This document shows positions 16,635 to 25,359 of a stretch of DNA of 25,359 nucleotides, piece by piece. The DNA comes from Planctomycetota bacterium. GTDB lineage: Bacteria > Planctomycetota > Phycisphaerae > Sedimentisphaerales > Anaerobacaceae. The position numbers and the translations under genes are program-made. The first letter of the stretch is position 1, and every line of letters starts with the position of its first letter. The stretch lies in NCBI GenBank assembly GCA_013202635.1, contig JABMRO010000264.1:1-25359 (forward strand), written 5' to 3'. The notes below the pieces were generated by a model, which saw only the letters and a program-made list of their open reading frames with translations, made no database searches and was not told where the DNA came from.

Positions 16635-18158
16635 ATGAGCAGTATAAATCGCAGAAGTTTCCTGAAGAATTCTGTTGTGGCGGCTACTTCACTGGCTTTG
16701 GGCCGGGAATGCAGTCAGGCCAGCCGGGCAAATAATCGTATGACGGGTAATACCAACCGACCCAACGTGGTGGTCATAATGACAGATGACCAGCGATGGG
16801 ACTGTATGAGCTGTGAAGGGCATCCGTTTTTGAAAACGCCGAACATGGACCGCATCGCCGAAGAAGGCGCACGTTTTGCCAATATGTTCGTTACCACATC
16901 GCTTTGCTCACCAAGCCGTGCATCGTTTCTTTCGGGGCTTTACGCTCATACCCACAAAGTAACAAACAACTTCACCGACTATCCCGCCGACCTGCCGAGC
17001 TATCCTCTCCACCTGCAACAAAGCGGTTACCAGACAGCTTACATAGGCAAATGGCACATGGGCGAACAAAGCGACGAACGCCGCCCGGGCTTCGACTACT
17101 GGATTACTCACAAAGGGCAGGGCAAATACTACGACACAATTTTTAACGTTAACGGCAAACGGACGGTCAAAAAAGGTTACTATACTCACCGGGTAACCGA
17201 TATGGCAATAGACTGGCTCAAGCAGGAACACAACGAACCATACCTGCTGATAATAGGCCATAAAGCACCACACACGCCGTTTACGCCGGAAAAGAAATAC
17301 GAAAACATCTACGATGATGTGAAAATTCGCTATCCCCGGACGGCGTTTAACCTTGAAAGCAAACCCCGCTGGGTCAAAGAGCGGCTGAACACCTGGCACG
17401 GCATATACGGCCCGATATTCGGATTTCGTAAAGACTTCCCTGATACAAGGCCTGAAAGTGTGCTGAAATTCGCCGAGTTTGTCCGGGCCTATACAGCTAC
17501 GATCAAGTCGGTAGTTGACAGCGTCGGCAGGGTTTACACGACACTTAAAGAGCTTGGCCAGTTGGATAACACCCTGTTCGTATTCACCAGTGACAACGGT
17601 TTCTTTTTGGGCGAACATGGAATGACCGATAAGCGAACAATGCACGAACCAAGCATACGAGTACCGCTGTTAGTCCGATACCCCCGTCTTATACGGCCGG
17701 GCACAATCATCAGTAAGATGGTGATGAACGTTGACTTTGCACCGAGCATTCTCGATATCTGCCGAGCCAAACCACTTAAAAATATCCACGGAAAATCGTG
17801 GAAGAAGCTTCTTGCCGGCCAAACAAGCGGCTGGCGCAAGTCTTTGTATTATTCGTATAATTATGAAAAACAATTTCCATACACACCCAACGTTCGCGGG
17901 GTCAGAACGGATGAGTGGAAATATGTTCATTATCCGAACGGTGACAGCAAACCGGATCTGTACAAAGCAGAGCTGTACAATCTGAAGAACGACCCGCTCG
18001 AAACCAGGAATCTGATAGACGAACCAAAATATGCCGATAAAGTCAGGGAACTCAAAGCAGAACTTCACCGACTAATGGCCCAGACAGGAGCATTGCCGGA
18101 TAAAATGCCGCTATATTTAGGGATAAAAACAGAACTACCGGATGAAAAAATTAGATAA
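16635..18158 (+). CDS. Formylglycine-dependent sulfatase (family S1) with Tat signal
   Basis: NRRSFLK Tat motif, MTDDQ, LCSPSRA (CxPxR), GKWHMG, TSDNG. Confidence 0.94.
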   Translation: MSSINRRSFLKNSVVAATSLALGRECSQASRANNRMTGNTNRPNVVVIMTDDQRWDCMSCEGHPFLKTPNMDRIAEEGARFANMFVTTSLCSPSRASFLSGLYAHTHKVTNNFTDYPADLPSYPLHLQQSGYQTAYIGKWHMGEQSDERRPGFDYWITHKGQGKYYDTIFNVNGKRTVKKGYYTHRVTDMAIDWLKQEHNEPYLLIIGHKAPHTPFTPEKKYENIYDDVKIRYPRTAFNLESKPRWVKERLNTWHGIYGPIFGFRKDFPDTRPESVLKFAEFVRAYTATIKSVVDSVGRVYTTLKELGQLDNTLFVFTSDNGFFLGEHGMTDKRTMHEPSIRVPLLVRYPRLIRPGTIISKMVMNVDFAPSILDICRAKPLKNIHGKSWKKLLAGQTSGWRKSLYYSYNYEKQFPYTPNVRGVRTDEWKYVHYPNGDSKPDLYKAELYNLKNDPLETRNLIDEPKYADKVRELKAELHRLMAQTGALPDKMPLYLGIKTELPDEKIR

Positions 18159-18343
18159 ATCCCGAAGAGAATAGCTATATTTAACGTTCCGGCCTGTGTT
18201 TTCAGTGACCTGATTCGTTTTCTCTTGACATTTCCGCAGTTCATCTATATTTGTCCTTTTTTAAATATTGTTGTGGAAATCACCGATAACTGATTCATAT
18301 TGAGTGAATCGTAACTATTAGCAGCAATCGACTAAGTTTTGTT

Positions 18344-20716
18344 ATGGCAAAATCAAGTGTATCCAAAAAATCTCTGGTAATTGTCGAATCGCCCGCCAAG
18401 GCAAAAACAATAAACAGGTATCTCGGCCCGGAATTTGAGGTAAAAGCCTCGATGGGACACGTGCGGGACTTGCCTTCAAAGGGTCTCAATGTCGATATAG
18501 AAAATGATTTCGAGCCGACTTATGATATTTTGCCGGGCAAGAAACGCACGGTAATATTATTAAAAGCGGCGGCGAAAAAATGCGATAAACTGTTTCTGGC
18601 CACCGACCTTGACCGTGAAGGCGAAGCGATCGCCTGGCACCTTGCACAAATTCTCGGTGTACCCGAGAAAAAAACCTACCGCGTGATATTCAATGCCATA
18701 ACCAAAACGACTATAAAGCGTGCCTTTGCCGACCCGGGCAAACTTAATATGGACAAGGTTATGGCTCAACAGGCCAGACGAATCCTCGACAGAATTGTCG
18801 GCTATCAGATAAGCCCGCTGCTGTGGAAAAAAGTTACGCGCGGTTTGTCCGCCGGTCGTGTCCAGTCCGTGGCCGTTAAAATAGTCGTCGAGAAAGAAAG
18901 AGAAATTCAGCAGTTCAAGCCCGTCGAATACTGGTTTATTCCGGCCGTCTTTACAACCGACCTGCAAAGCAACTATACCAAGGAATGGCTCGATTTTATT
19001 ACGCCAAAAACTGAAGACGACAATCCACCCACAATTGCCAAACAGAATGAATGGCTTACAAAACACAATGCCCTGAAGGCCGAGATGTACAAGGTTAATG
19101 GCCAGAAGTTCGAGGCCTCTGATCAGGAGCAGGCCGGGCGGATATTCGAAGGCCTGAAGGATGCGGAGTTTAAGATTGCGGATATAGAAAAGAAGGAATC
19201 TGTTTCGCGCCCTTCGGCTCCTTTTATAACTTCGACTTTACAGCAGGCCGCTGCAAACCGGTTAGGCTTCACCGCCAAAAAGACGATGGCAATGGCCCAG
19301 CAGTTATACGAAGGCATTGATTTAGGCTCGATGGGTTCCTTGGGCCTTATTACGTATATGAGAACCGACAGCACGCACCTGTCGGATGAAGCTATCAAAG
19401 AGGTGCGAAATTACATCAGTATGCATCTCGGCCAGGACTACCTTCCTGCCAAACCAAAAGTTTACGCTTCCAAAAAATCCGCCCAGCAGGCTCATGAAGC
19501 CATCCGCCCGACCGACGTTGACCTTACCCCTGACGATATAAAGCCGTTTCTTCCCGACCAGCAGTTCAAGCTCTACGATTTGGTGTGGCGCCGCTTCGTA
19601 GCCAGCCAGATGGAGCCGGCCAAATGGAACGTTACAAATCTGATTATCACGGCCCAAACATCGGTGGGCGAATGCTGCTATAAAAGTGCCGGGCGAGTGC
19701 TCGTATTCGACGGCTATACGAAAATATGGACGACTACGTCAAGCGAACAGCAGTTACCCACAACAGAGGTTGGCCAAAAATTACAGCCGATTGATATCAA
19801 GGCCGAGCAGCATTTCACAAAACCACCGGCACGATATACCGAAGCATCTATAGTAAAAGCCCTCGAAAAAGAAGGTGTCGGCAGACCAAGTACATACGCC
19901 ACAATAATATCCACAATACAGGACCGACGTTACGTCGAGAAACAGGACAAAAAGTTCTTTGCCACCGACCTCGGCGAAGTAGTTACGGACAAATTGAACG
20001 AATACTTTCCGAACATAATGGACCTTGCTTTTACACGCTATATGGAAGGCCAGCTCGATAAGATTGAAGAGCAGCATCTGGACTGGATTGGTGTGCTGAA
20101 AGACTTCTATAGTCCGTTCAAGAAAAGTCTTGAGACGGCACAAACAGAAATGAAACATGCCAAAGCCGAAATGACCCCCAGCGAATATAAATGCCCGAAG
20201 TGCGGTCAGCAACTCTCCTACAGATTCGGTAAAAATGGCAGGTTTCTCAGTTGTTCGACGTATCCGGAATGCAAATTTGCCTGTCCCTGCGACAAAGAAG
20301 GTACTATGCTCGAAGAAAAGGTAAGCGAGCACAAATGCCACGAATGCGGTAAGCCGATGATGCACAAAAACGGCCGATTCGGCCCATTTCTCGGATGCAG
20401 CGGCTATCCGGATTGCAAAACAACTCTCAAAGTAGACAAGGAAGGCAATGTCCTGCCGCCAAAACCGCCGCCGGAACCCACCGGAATAAAGTGCTACAAA
20501 TGCAAAAACGGCGAGCTGGTAATCAGGCAAAGCAAAAAAGGACCTTTCATGGGCTGCGGCAAATTCCCGAAATGCAGAACCATAATCAGCATTAAGGAGC
20601 TGGACCATCTAAAAGAATTGCAGGCCGCCGGGCAATGGCCGCCTGAAACGTGGGAAGAAGCCGACGAAATCCTCGGAAGAAAAAAAGCCAGAGAGCGAGT
20701 AAAAATCAAGAAATAA
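18344..20716 (+). CDS. topA: DNA topoisomerase I (type IA) with three C-terminal C4 zinc-ribbon repeats
   Basis: IVESPAKAK, ATDLDREGE, SAGRVQS, ITYMRTDS (catalytic Tyr), GRPSTYA, CPKC/CHEC/CYKC ribbons. Confidence 0.97.
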   Translation: MAKSSVSKKSLVIVESPAKAKTINRYLGPEFEVKASMGHVRDLPSKGLNVDIENDFEPTYDILPGKKRTVILLKAAAKKCDKLFLATDLDREGEAIAWHLAQILGVPEKKTYRVIFNAITKTTIKRAFADPGKLNMDKVMAQQARRILDRIVGYQISPLLWKKVTRGLSAGRVQSVAVKIVVEKEREIQQFKPVEYWFIPAVFTTDLQSNYTKEWLDFITPKTEDDNPPTIAKQNEWLTKHNALKAEMYKVNGQKFEASDQEQAGRIFEGLKDAEFKIADIEKKESVSRPSAPFITSTLQQAAANRLGFTAKKTMAMAQQLYEGIDLGSMGSLGLITYMRTDSTHLSDEAIKEVRNYISMHLGQDYLPAKPKVYASKKSAQQAHEAIRPTDVDLTPDDIKPFLPDQQFKLYDLVWRRFVASQMEPAKWNVTNLIITAQTSVGECCYKSAGRVLVFDGYTKIWTTTSSEQQLPTTEVGQKLQPIDIKAEQHFTKPPARYTEASIVKALEKEGVGRPSTYATIISTIQDRRYVEKQDKKFFATDLGEVVTDKLNEYFPNIMDLAFTRYMEGQLDKIEEQHLDWIGVLKDFYSPFKKSLETAQTEMKHAKAEMTPSEYKCPKCGQQLSYRFGKNGRFLSCSTYPECKFACPCDKEGTMLEEKVSEHKCHECGKPMMHKNGRFGPFLGCSGYPDCKTTLKVDKEGNVLPPKPPPEPTGIKCYKCKNGELVIRQSKKGPFMGCGKFPKCRTIISIKELDHLKELQAAGQWPPETWEEADEILGRKKARERVKIKK

Positions 20717-20772
20717 CGCTCCGAAGAACGTTTAGCAGTAACTCTCAAGGATGCAGATGGAGAAAGCCGGAG

Positions 20773-22317
20773 ATGGATGGTTCTGGCAAAAAATGCTCGA
20801 TAGTTTTCATTGGTGCCGGCAGCTCTTCACAGGTGCATTCCTGCCTTCGCGGTTTACCAGCCAAGCGATTATCAGTTGAGTATGAATTACTTTTCGTTAT
20901 CGCCCACCAATCTCAAATTGATTCTGCATATTCATCGTCAACAAAGGCGCCCATCAAGTTTGTAGAGCCTGAGGGCGGTTTAGGATTCAAGCAGTTATGT
21001 ATAGGAGCAGCAAGACAGGCATCCGGCGAGTATATACTTTTTGTCAATAGTCCAATCAGTTACGAGCAGGTTGTTGAGGCGATGCGGCAGCTTGAAATCA
21101 GCGGTATGCATATTGACGCCCCGAAGGGAAAAAAGTATATCATTGTAAAAAAAGCTGCCTTCACACAAAATCCGGACTTTCTCAGACTGTCGCAAGAACA
21201 GCGTAAACAAAATGACCGCCAGCGAATAAATCAACTGATACATCTGGTTGCCGGTTCGGTCACTTATATAGAGGACGTTTTTTTCATTGTGAATAAGAAC
21301 AGACAATTATTCGAAGATGAAATAAAACATATAGACTTTACAATAACAGACGATTGTAACGTTTACAAACTTCTTTTCCTCAAGTCCGTTAAAGGATATC
21401 TGGATTCTGGCCTTGAATTTAACAACGTCACCCAATGTAATGATTTTTATCGCTCCGTTACTTTAGGACAACTAACGGAGGTCCCGTGGTTCGTCGGCAT
21501 TTTTCTAAGTGTTCCACACCTGAACGACAGCCCTGATTTGGTCCGTCATACTCCGACAAACCGGCAGCAATCCGCCGCCATCCTGGTTTCGGTTTATAAC
21601 GAAACCCGCTTTACAGAACTATGCTTCAAGGCAGTTAGAAAGTTTACAGATTTCCCTTATCGTCTCATAGCAGTTAATAATTCAACGATTGACATGCAAG
21701 ACTATAAAAGCTCTATGCTCCGAAAAGGTTTAATTGACGAGTGGTTTGACAGTGGTTGTACTTCTCACGCTGATGGGCTCCAAAAATCATTGGCCGGGGC
21801 CAGAACGTTCAGATACATAACTACTCTGGATAGTGATGCTATTGTGCTTAAAAAAGGTTGGCTTACCGAATTCATTGAACGGCTGAATCATGAAAATGCC
21901 GGTTTGATAGGCCCTCAAACCTTTCCCGGGAGCAATCCTTCGACAAAAGGATACGCTATACATCCATGTTGCATGGTCATCGACCAAAAACGCATAGGTT
22001 CGAAATTTGAGATAAATTTTGCCGGTAAATGGCCGTTTGATGTTGGACATTTATTGACCTGGGATTGTTTGGCCTTCGATATCCCGATAGTGAAGGTTAG
22101 TCACGAGGTAGATGGAGGTTATGCTACCGGTTCAAGCCTGGTCAATAAATCGGTCCGACACTATTGGTACACCTCCCGGATTTTAGGTCTTGAGGACGAT
22201 GCTCTTATTGATGGTAATAAAGTCGGGTTAATACGAAAAAAAATAAACAGGGCATATAGTTCCGCAGAGCTAAGCCAAATACTGGAGTATCGCATACCGG
22301 AGAAATCTCCAAAATAG
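20773..22317 (+). CDS. Glycosyltransferase family 2 protein (degenerate N-terminal GT-A-like segment plus C-terminal GT2 domain)
   Basis: ILVSVYNE...IAVNN...TTLDSD (DxD); N-terminal ARQASGEYILFVN. Start placed at ATG 20773 to avoid overlap with topA. Confidence 0.75.
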   Translation: MDGSGKKCSIVFIGAGSSSQVHSCLRGLPAKRLSVEYELLFVIAHQSQIDSAYSSSTKAPIKFVEPEGGLGFKQLCIGAARQASGEYILFVNSPISYEQVVEAMRQLEISGMHIDAPKGKKYIIVKKAAFTQNPDFLRLSQEQRKQNDRQRINQLIHLVAGSVTYIEDVFFIVNKNRQLFEDEIKHIDFTITDDCNVYKLLFLKSVKGYLDSGLEFNNVTQCNDFYRSVTLGQLTEVPWFVGIFLSVPHLNDSPDLVRHTPTNRQQSAAILVSVYNETRFTELCFKAVRKFTDFPYRLIAVNNSTIDMQDYKSSMLRKGLIDEWFDSGCTSHADGLQKSLAGARTFRYITTLDSDAIVLKKGWLTEFIERLNHENAGLIGPQTFPGSNPSTKGYAIHPCCMVIDQKRIGSKFEINFAGKWPFDVGHLLTWDCLAFDIPIVKVSHEVDGGYATGSSLVNKSVRHYWYTSRILGLEDDALIDGNKVGLIRKKINRAYSSAELSQILEYRIPEKSPK

Positions 22318-22491
22318 ATTCGTGCCAAAGCACCCTTTCCATACCATCCGGCAATCTTTACGGCTTGACTCTGTCGTGGTTCAGCAAAATCAGGAATTTA
22401 CAAAATCACTTTTTCGAAAAAGTTGAGTAGCTGCTGTCTAAGAAGGATATCAGAAGAATAGCAAATTGAAGTTCCGTTAAATATCTTTTTT

Positions 22492-23334
22492 TCAGTAGTC
22501 CTTAAATTTCCTCATCCATTCAGGCCAGTCAGACTGCCGGACACCACCGGCTTTTGTCCAGGCCCCTGTTACGTCAAAGTTTTTATGCCACTTCAACGTC
22601 CATAACTCCTTAAGGCCTGTCTTTCTGACGGACCAATCCATAAAAAGACTGTTTACAAACCCATCATGCCGGTTGATGCAGAAAGGATCCATGCTCTGAC
22701 TCGGCCAGATACTTAACTTCGGCGCATCCTCATAACGTGGCGGCCGGCAAGAGGCGCTCGGCCAGGCGCTTGGCCGGCGGCTATCCAACAATACAGGAAT
22801 GTTATTTGCGCCTCGGTGATTTACGTGATGCCAGAGTTCCGAATCCTCGAGATGACGGAAAGACCAGGAAGAACACCATGCGTTTAAGCCATAGCTGCCC
22901 GAAGGACGTTTGTGATTGGGGCAAATCCAGGCTTCAAACGTATGTACCTGCCGACCAACGCCAAATTTTCGAGCCATAGGGCAAAGGAAATATTCAGCAA
23001 AATCGCCACCATAGTATAATACCGGGTCAGCAGGACACTCCCATTGCTGCTCATCCCGCAGGGCGAAACGGCCTCCCTCATCCTGAAGACGCGTATTAAA
23101 GATAAAACCCCACTGGTTCAGGTTCGATTGACAGCCAACAGCCCCCGCCTGCTTTCTGACGCGCTGTAGTGCAGGCATCAATACCGCCGTCAATAATGCA
23201 ACGATGGCAATCACCATCAAAAGCTCTATTAACGTAAATCCCGTTAGTCCTAAGGACTCCTTTCGGAGAAATCTTCTCCTTTCCCGATTGGGAATTCCAA
23301 TTTCTAACGGGATAAAGCCATTTCGTTTGCACAT
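22492..23334 (-). CDS. Prepilin-type N-terminal cleavage/methylation protein (H-X9-DG class variant) carrying an in-frame 78-nt insertion
   Basis: G-FTLIELLMVIAIVALL...MPAL...C.SNL.QWG; C-terminal RH-X9-DW. Confidence 0.9.
   Translation of the reverse strand: MCKRNGFIPLEIGIPNRERRRFLRKESLGLTGFTLIELLMVIAIVALLTAVLMPALQRVRKQAGAVGCQSNLNQWGFIFNTRLQDEGGRFALRDEQQWECPADPVLYYGGDFAEYFLCPMARKFGVGRQVHTFEAWICPNHKRPSGSYGLNAWCSSWSFRHLEDSELWHHVNHRGANNIPVLLDSRRPSAWPSASCRPPRYEDAPKLSIWPSQSMDPFCINRHDGFVNSLFMDWSVRKTGLKELWTLKWHKNFDVTGAWTKAGGVRQSDWPEWMRKFKDY
23239..23312. mobile_element. 74-bp MITE-like inverted-repeat element, copy 1
   Basis: TCCCGTTAG...CTAACGGGA terminal inverted repeats; TAAA (TTTA on the coding strand) at both 23235-23238 and 23313-23316. 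Confidence 0.85.
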
Positions 23335-23345
23335 GGCGCTAAATC

Positions 23346-24128
23346 TTACCAGTCAGGTATTGGCGCACCGCTCGGCCAGCTTAATACAAAAGTATTGCCA
23401 GCCGGATATGCCGAGACCTGCTCGACATGCCCGTCCACAAACGACGCATTGGCATAACCCGTATTCAGGTCCCCGCCCGGAGCGCGATGGAAGGTAGCGA
23501 AACAATCAGTATTACAGGGAGGCGTGGAACGTAAATTGTTATCATTGATTGAAGCGCCGCTAAGGCCCGGAATAGACCACGAATTCTCCTCGGAGAAGAA
23601 AAATACACCTGCCGGATTCTTCACCTGGGATTCATTCCGAACTTTATCTATGTTGGTACGATATTGTTGCGGCACAGCCCCCCATGCGTCACCGTTGAGG
23701 TAGGAATTCATACAGTAACTGTATTGAGGTTCGATGGGAGTTGTAACACCATCACAATTATTGCAACCCATCATTCTGGCTACAACGTCGAATTCCGGAC
23801 ACAGGTGAATATCTTTACTCTTCAGATAGGGCCAAAGTTCACCGGCAAGGTCCGGATTTTCGTCAAGATTCATGCTTTTATCGTGCCATCGGCACCCTCC
23901 GGCTTGATCTTCGTAGAGCCAACTGAATGAATAAGGAAAAGCACCATCATAATCGTCCAGGTACATTCTCGAACTCAGGGTATACTGTTTCAGATTGGAC
24001 CTGCATAGAATTCCCCATACCTGTTTTTTCGCACGCTGCAGCGCCGGCATCAGTATCGCCATCAACAATGCGATAATGGCAATCACCACCAGAAGCTCTA
24101 TTAATGTAAAACCTTTTCGTTTGTGCAT
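23346..24128 (-). CDS. Prepilin-type N-terminal cleavage/methylation protein with H-Xn-DGH tail; no insertion
   Basis: MHKRKG-FTLIELLVVIAIIALL...CRSNLKQ; ...FATFH...NASFVDGHV; AAAGGAGA RBS. Confidence 0.92.
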   Translation of the reverse strand: MHKRKGFTLIELLVVIAIIALLMAILMPALQRAKKQVWGILCRSNLKQYTLSSRMYLDDYDGAFPYSFSWLYEDQAGGCRWHDKSMNLDENPDLAGELWPYLKSKDIHLCPEFDVVARMMGCNNCDGVTTPIEPQYSYCMNSYLNGDAWGAVPQQYRTNIDKVRNESQVKNPAGVFFFSEENSWSIPGLSGASINDNNLRSTPPCNTDCFATFHRAPGGDLNTGYANASFVDGHVEQVSAYPAGNTFVLSWPSGAPIPDW

Positions 24129-24155
24129 AATGTCTCCTTTCGTTACCGATTATTT

Positions 24156-24995
24156 TTAGTATTCTTTAAAGTTTCTCATCCATACCGGCCAGTCCGAGGC
24201 AGTGGTTCCGTCGGCTGTGGTCCAGAGTCCCTGAGTATCGAAGTTGCGGTGCCAATTAAGTGTCCATAGCTCCTTTAGACCGACCTTCCTCACATTAAGG
24301 TCCAGGAAGACGGTATTTATATAGCCATTGTGCCTGTTGATGCATACTAAGTGCATTTCGTTTGTAACAATGCCATCAACATCAGGCGGGCCTTCAGTAT
24401 GATTAGGATAGGTATCCCAGACTACACAATCAAAAAACAACGGTATGTTGCTCGCCTTTTTTTGCTCTCGAGTTCTCCAAAAGTTGTCCTCAGGTCGATC
24501 ACCGAGCCATTCATCAATGCCATAGCTGCCGTAATCTTCACCCGGCTTGCTCTCAAAGTCCGTCCAGCCTCCTCCTTCATGTGTCCATCGCCAGGCTCCG
24601 AAGGGGACCCTTCCTCCATCCGTATAAGGTTTTGTTGCCGACGGGCACAAGGTCAATGCCCCCCGCTCCTTGTAATATGGTCGCATTTTATCGGGCCAAT
24701 CTCCGGAGGCATCGGCACCAGTCGGAAACTTTCCATCGGAGTCCTCGAGATACATATGCCAGCAGTAGGACCATTGTTTGATGTTGGACATGCAGGCAAC
24801 CGCCTGTGCCTGTTTCCTGACCCGCTGCAGCGAGGGCATCAATATCGCCATCAATAATGCGATAATGGCAATCACGACCAAAAGCTCTATTAACGTAAAG
24901 CCCGTTAGTCCTAAGGACTCCTTTCGGAGAAACCTTCCCCTTTCCCGATTGTGAATTCCAATTTCTAACGGGATAAAGGCGTTCCGTTTACGCAT
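24156..24995 (-). CDS. Prepilin-type N-terminal cleavage/methylation protein (H-X9-DG class variant) carrying an in-frame 78-nt insertion
   Basis: Start at ATG 24995 (AGGAGGA RBS 5 nt upstream); G-FTLIELLVVIAIIALL...CMSNIKQW; C-terminal RH-X9-DL. Confidence 0.9.
   Translation of the reverse strand: MRKRNAFIPLEIGIHNRERGRFLRKESLGLTGFTLIELLVVIAIIALLMAILMPSLQRVRKQAQAVACMSNIKQWSYCWHMYLEDSDGKFPTGADASGDWPDKMRPYYKERGALTLCPSATKPYTDGGRVPFGAWRWTHEGGGWTDFESKPGEDYGSYGIDEWLGDRPEDNFWRTREQKKASNIPLFFDCVVWDTYPNHTEGPPDVDGIVTNEMHLVCINRHNGYINTVFLDLNVRKVGLKELWTLNWHRNFDTQGLWTTADGTTASDWPVWMRNFKEY
24900..24973. mobile_element. 74-bp MITE-like inverted-repeat element, copy 2
   Basis: 70/74 identical to copy 1; CCCGTTAG/CTAACGGG inverted repeats; TAAA at 24896-24899 and 24974-24977. 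Confidence 0.85.
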
Positions 24996-25102
24996 AAAGA
25001 TCCTCCTTCTCATTCAAATAAGGTTTTTTCAAACCTGCACTCTGTTTAAATTCGTATCTACTTCACCGATGAGTTGACCTTGAATAATTATAACATAAAG
25101 AG

Positions 25103-25131
25103 TTGCAAAACAACTTAAAAAACGTATAATT
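25103..25131 (+). promoter_or_regulatory. Putative sigma70 promoter for the GroES-like gene
   Basis: TTGCAA (25103-25108), 17 bp, TATAAT (25126-25131). Confidence 0.7.
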
Positions 25132-25176
25132 ATTATAGTATTTAAAAAAACAGATTTTTACAGAGAACCGGGCAAA

Positions 25177-25359
25177 ATGGATAAAAAGAAACAAATCGAA
25201 ACAAAGCCGCTTGAAATAGTCGAGCCGATAGGCAAACGTGTTTTGATTCGCAAAGACGAGGACAAAATTCAAACCAAAGGCGGTATCCAACTGCCCGACA
25301 ACTTAGAAATCCCCACGATAACGGTCCGAATCTTAACTATTTCCGCTGAGGTCGAAAAC
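25177..25359 (+). CDS. GroES-like co-chaperonin, truncated by the window end (not in the ORF track)
   Basis: MDKKKQIETKPLEIVEPIGKRVLIRKDEDKIQTKGGIQLPDNLEIPTITVRIL...; P(L/I)GxRVL and TKGGIxLPD are Cpn10 motifs. Confidence 0.8.
   Translation, partial: MDKKKQIETKPLEIVEPIGKRVLIRKDEDKIQTKGGIQLPDNLEIPTITVRILTISAEVEN

Noticed and set aside
18225-18251. topA promoter TTGACA...TATATT
   Set aside because: The spacer is only 15 bp, so it was not listed as a supported feature.
20650-20772. N-terminal 41 aa of the 555-aa ORF
   Set aside because: It overlaps the end of topA in another frame; ATG 20773 is the more plausible start.

Overview
AT-richer intergenic DNA and ~50% GC genes of a probable Planctomycetota (Phycisphaerae/Sedimentisphaerales-like) chromosome; the lineage is inferred from gene content (Tat-type Gfo/Idh/MocA oxidoreductases, Tat sulfatase, tandem prepilin-like H-X9-DG proteins). 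Contents in order: a ~123-bp tandem repeat at the left edge, Gfo/Idh/MocA gene, tmRNA (ssrA), a decayed hairpin-flanked GIY-YIG nuclease, an SPL-like radical SAM gene, a small very basic HTH protein, a second Gfo/Idh/MocA gene, a 1.2-kb non-coding region with two parS sites before an orphan parB, an 859-aa secreted ankyrin protein, an SDR with a damaged start, dtd, argB-argD-argF, rdgB, a sulfatase, topA, a GT2 glycosyltransferase, three tandem prepilin-like genes and the start of a GroES-like gene. Most striking observation: a 74-bp inverted-repeat element with internal hairpins, flanked by a TTTA duplication, sits in frame at exactly the prepilin cleavage site of two of the three prepilin-like paralogs (the third shows the empty site). 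It adds 26 aa that fall in the cleaved leader and regenerates G-FTLIE, so prepilin peptidase should remove it. At least four other small repeat families are also present. All assignments are from motif recognition by eye; no database searches were run.
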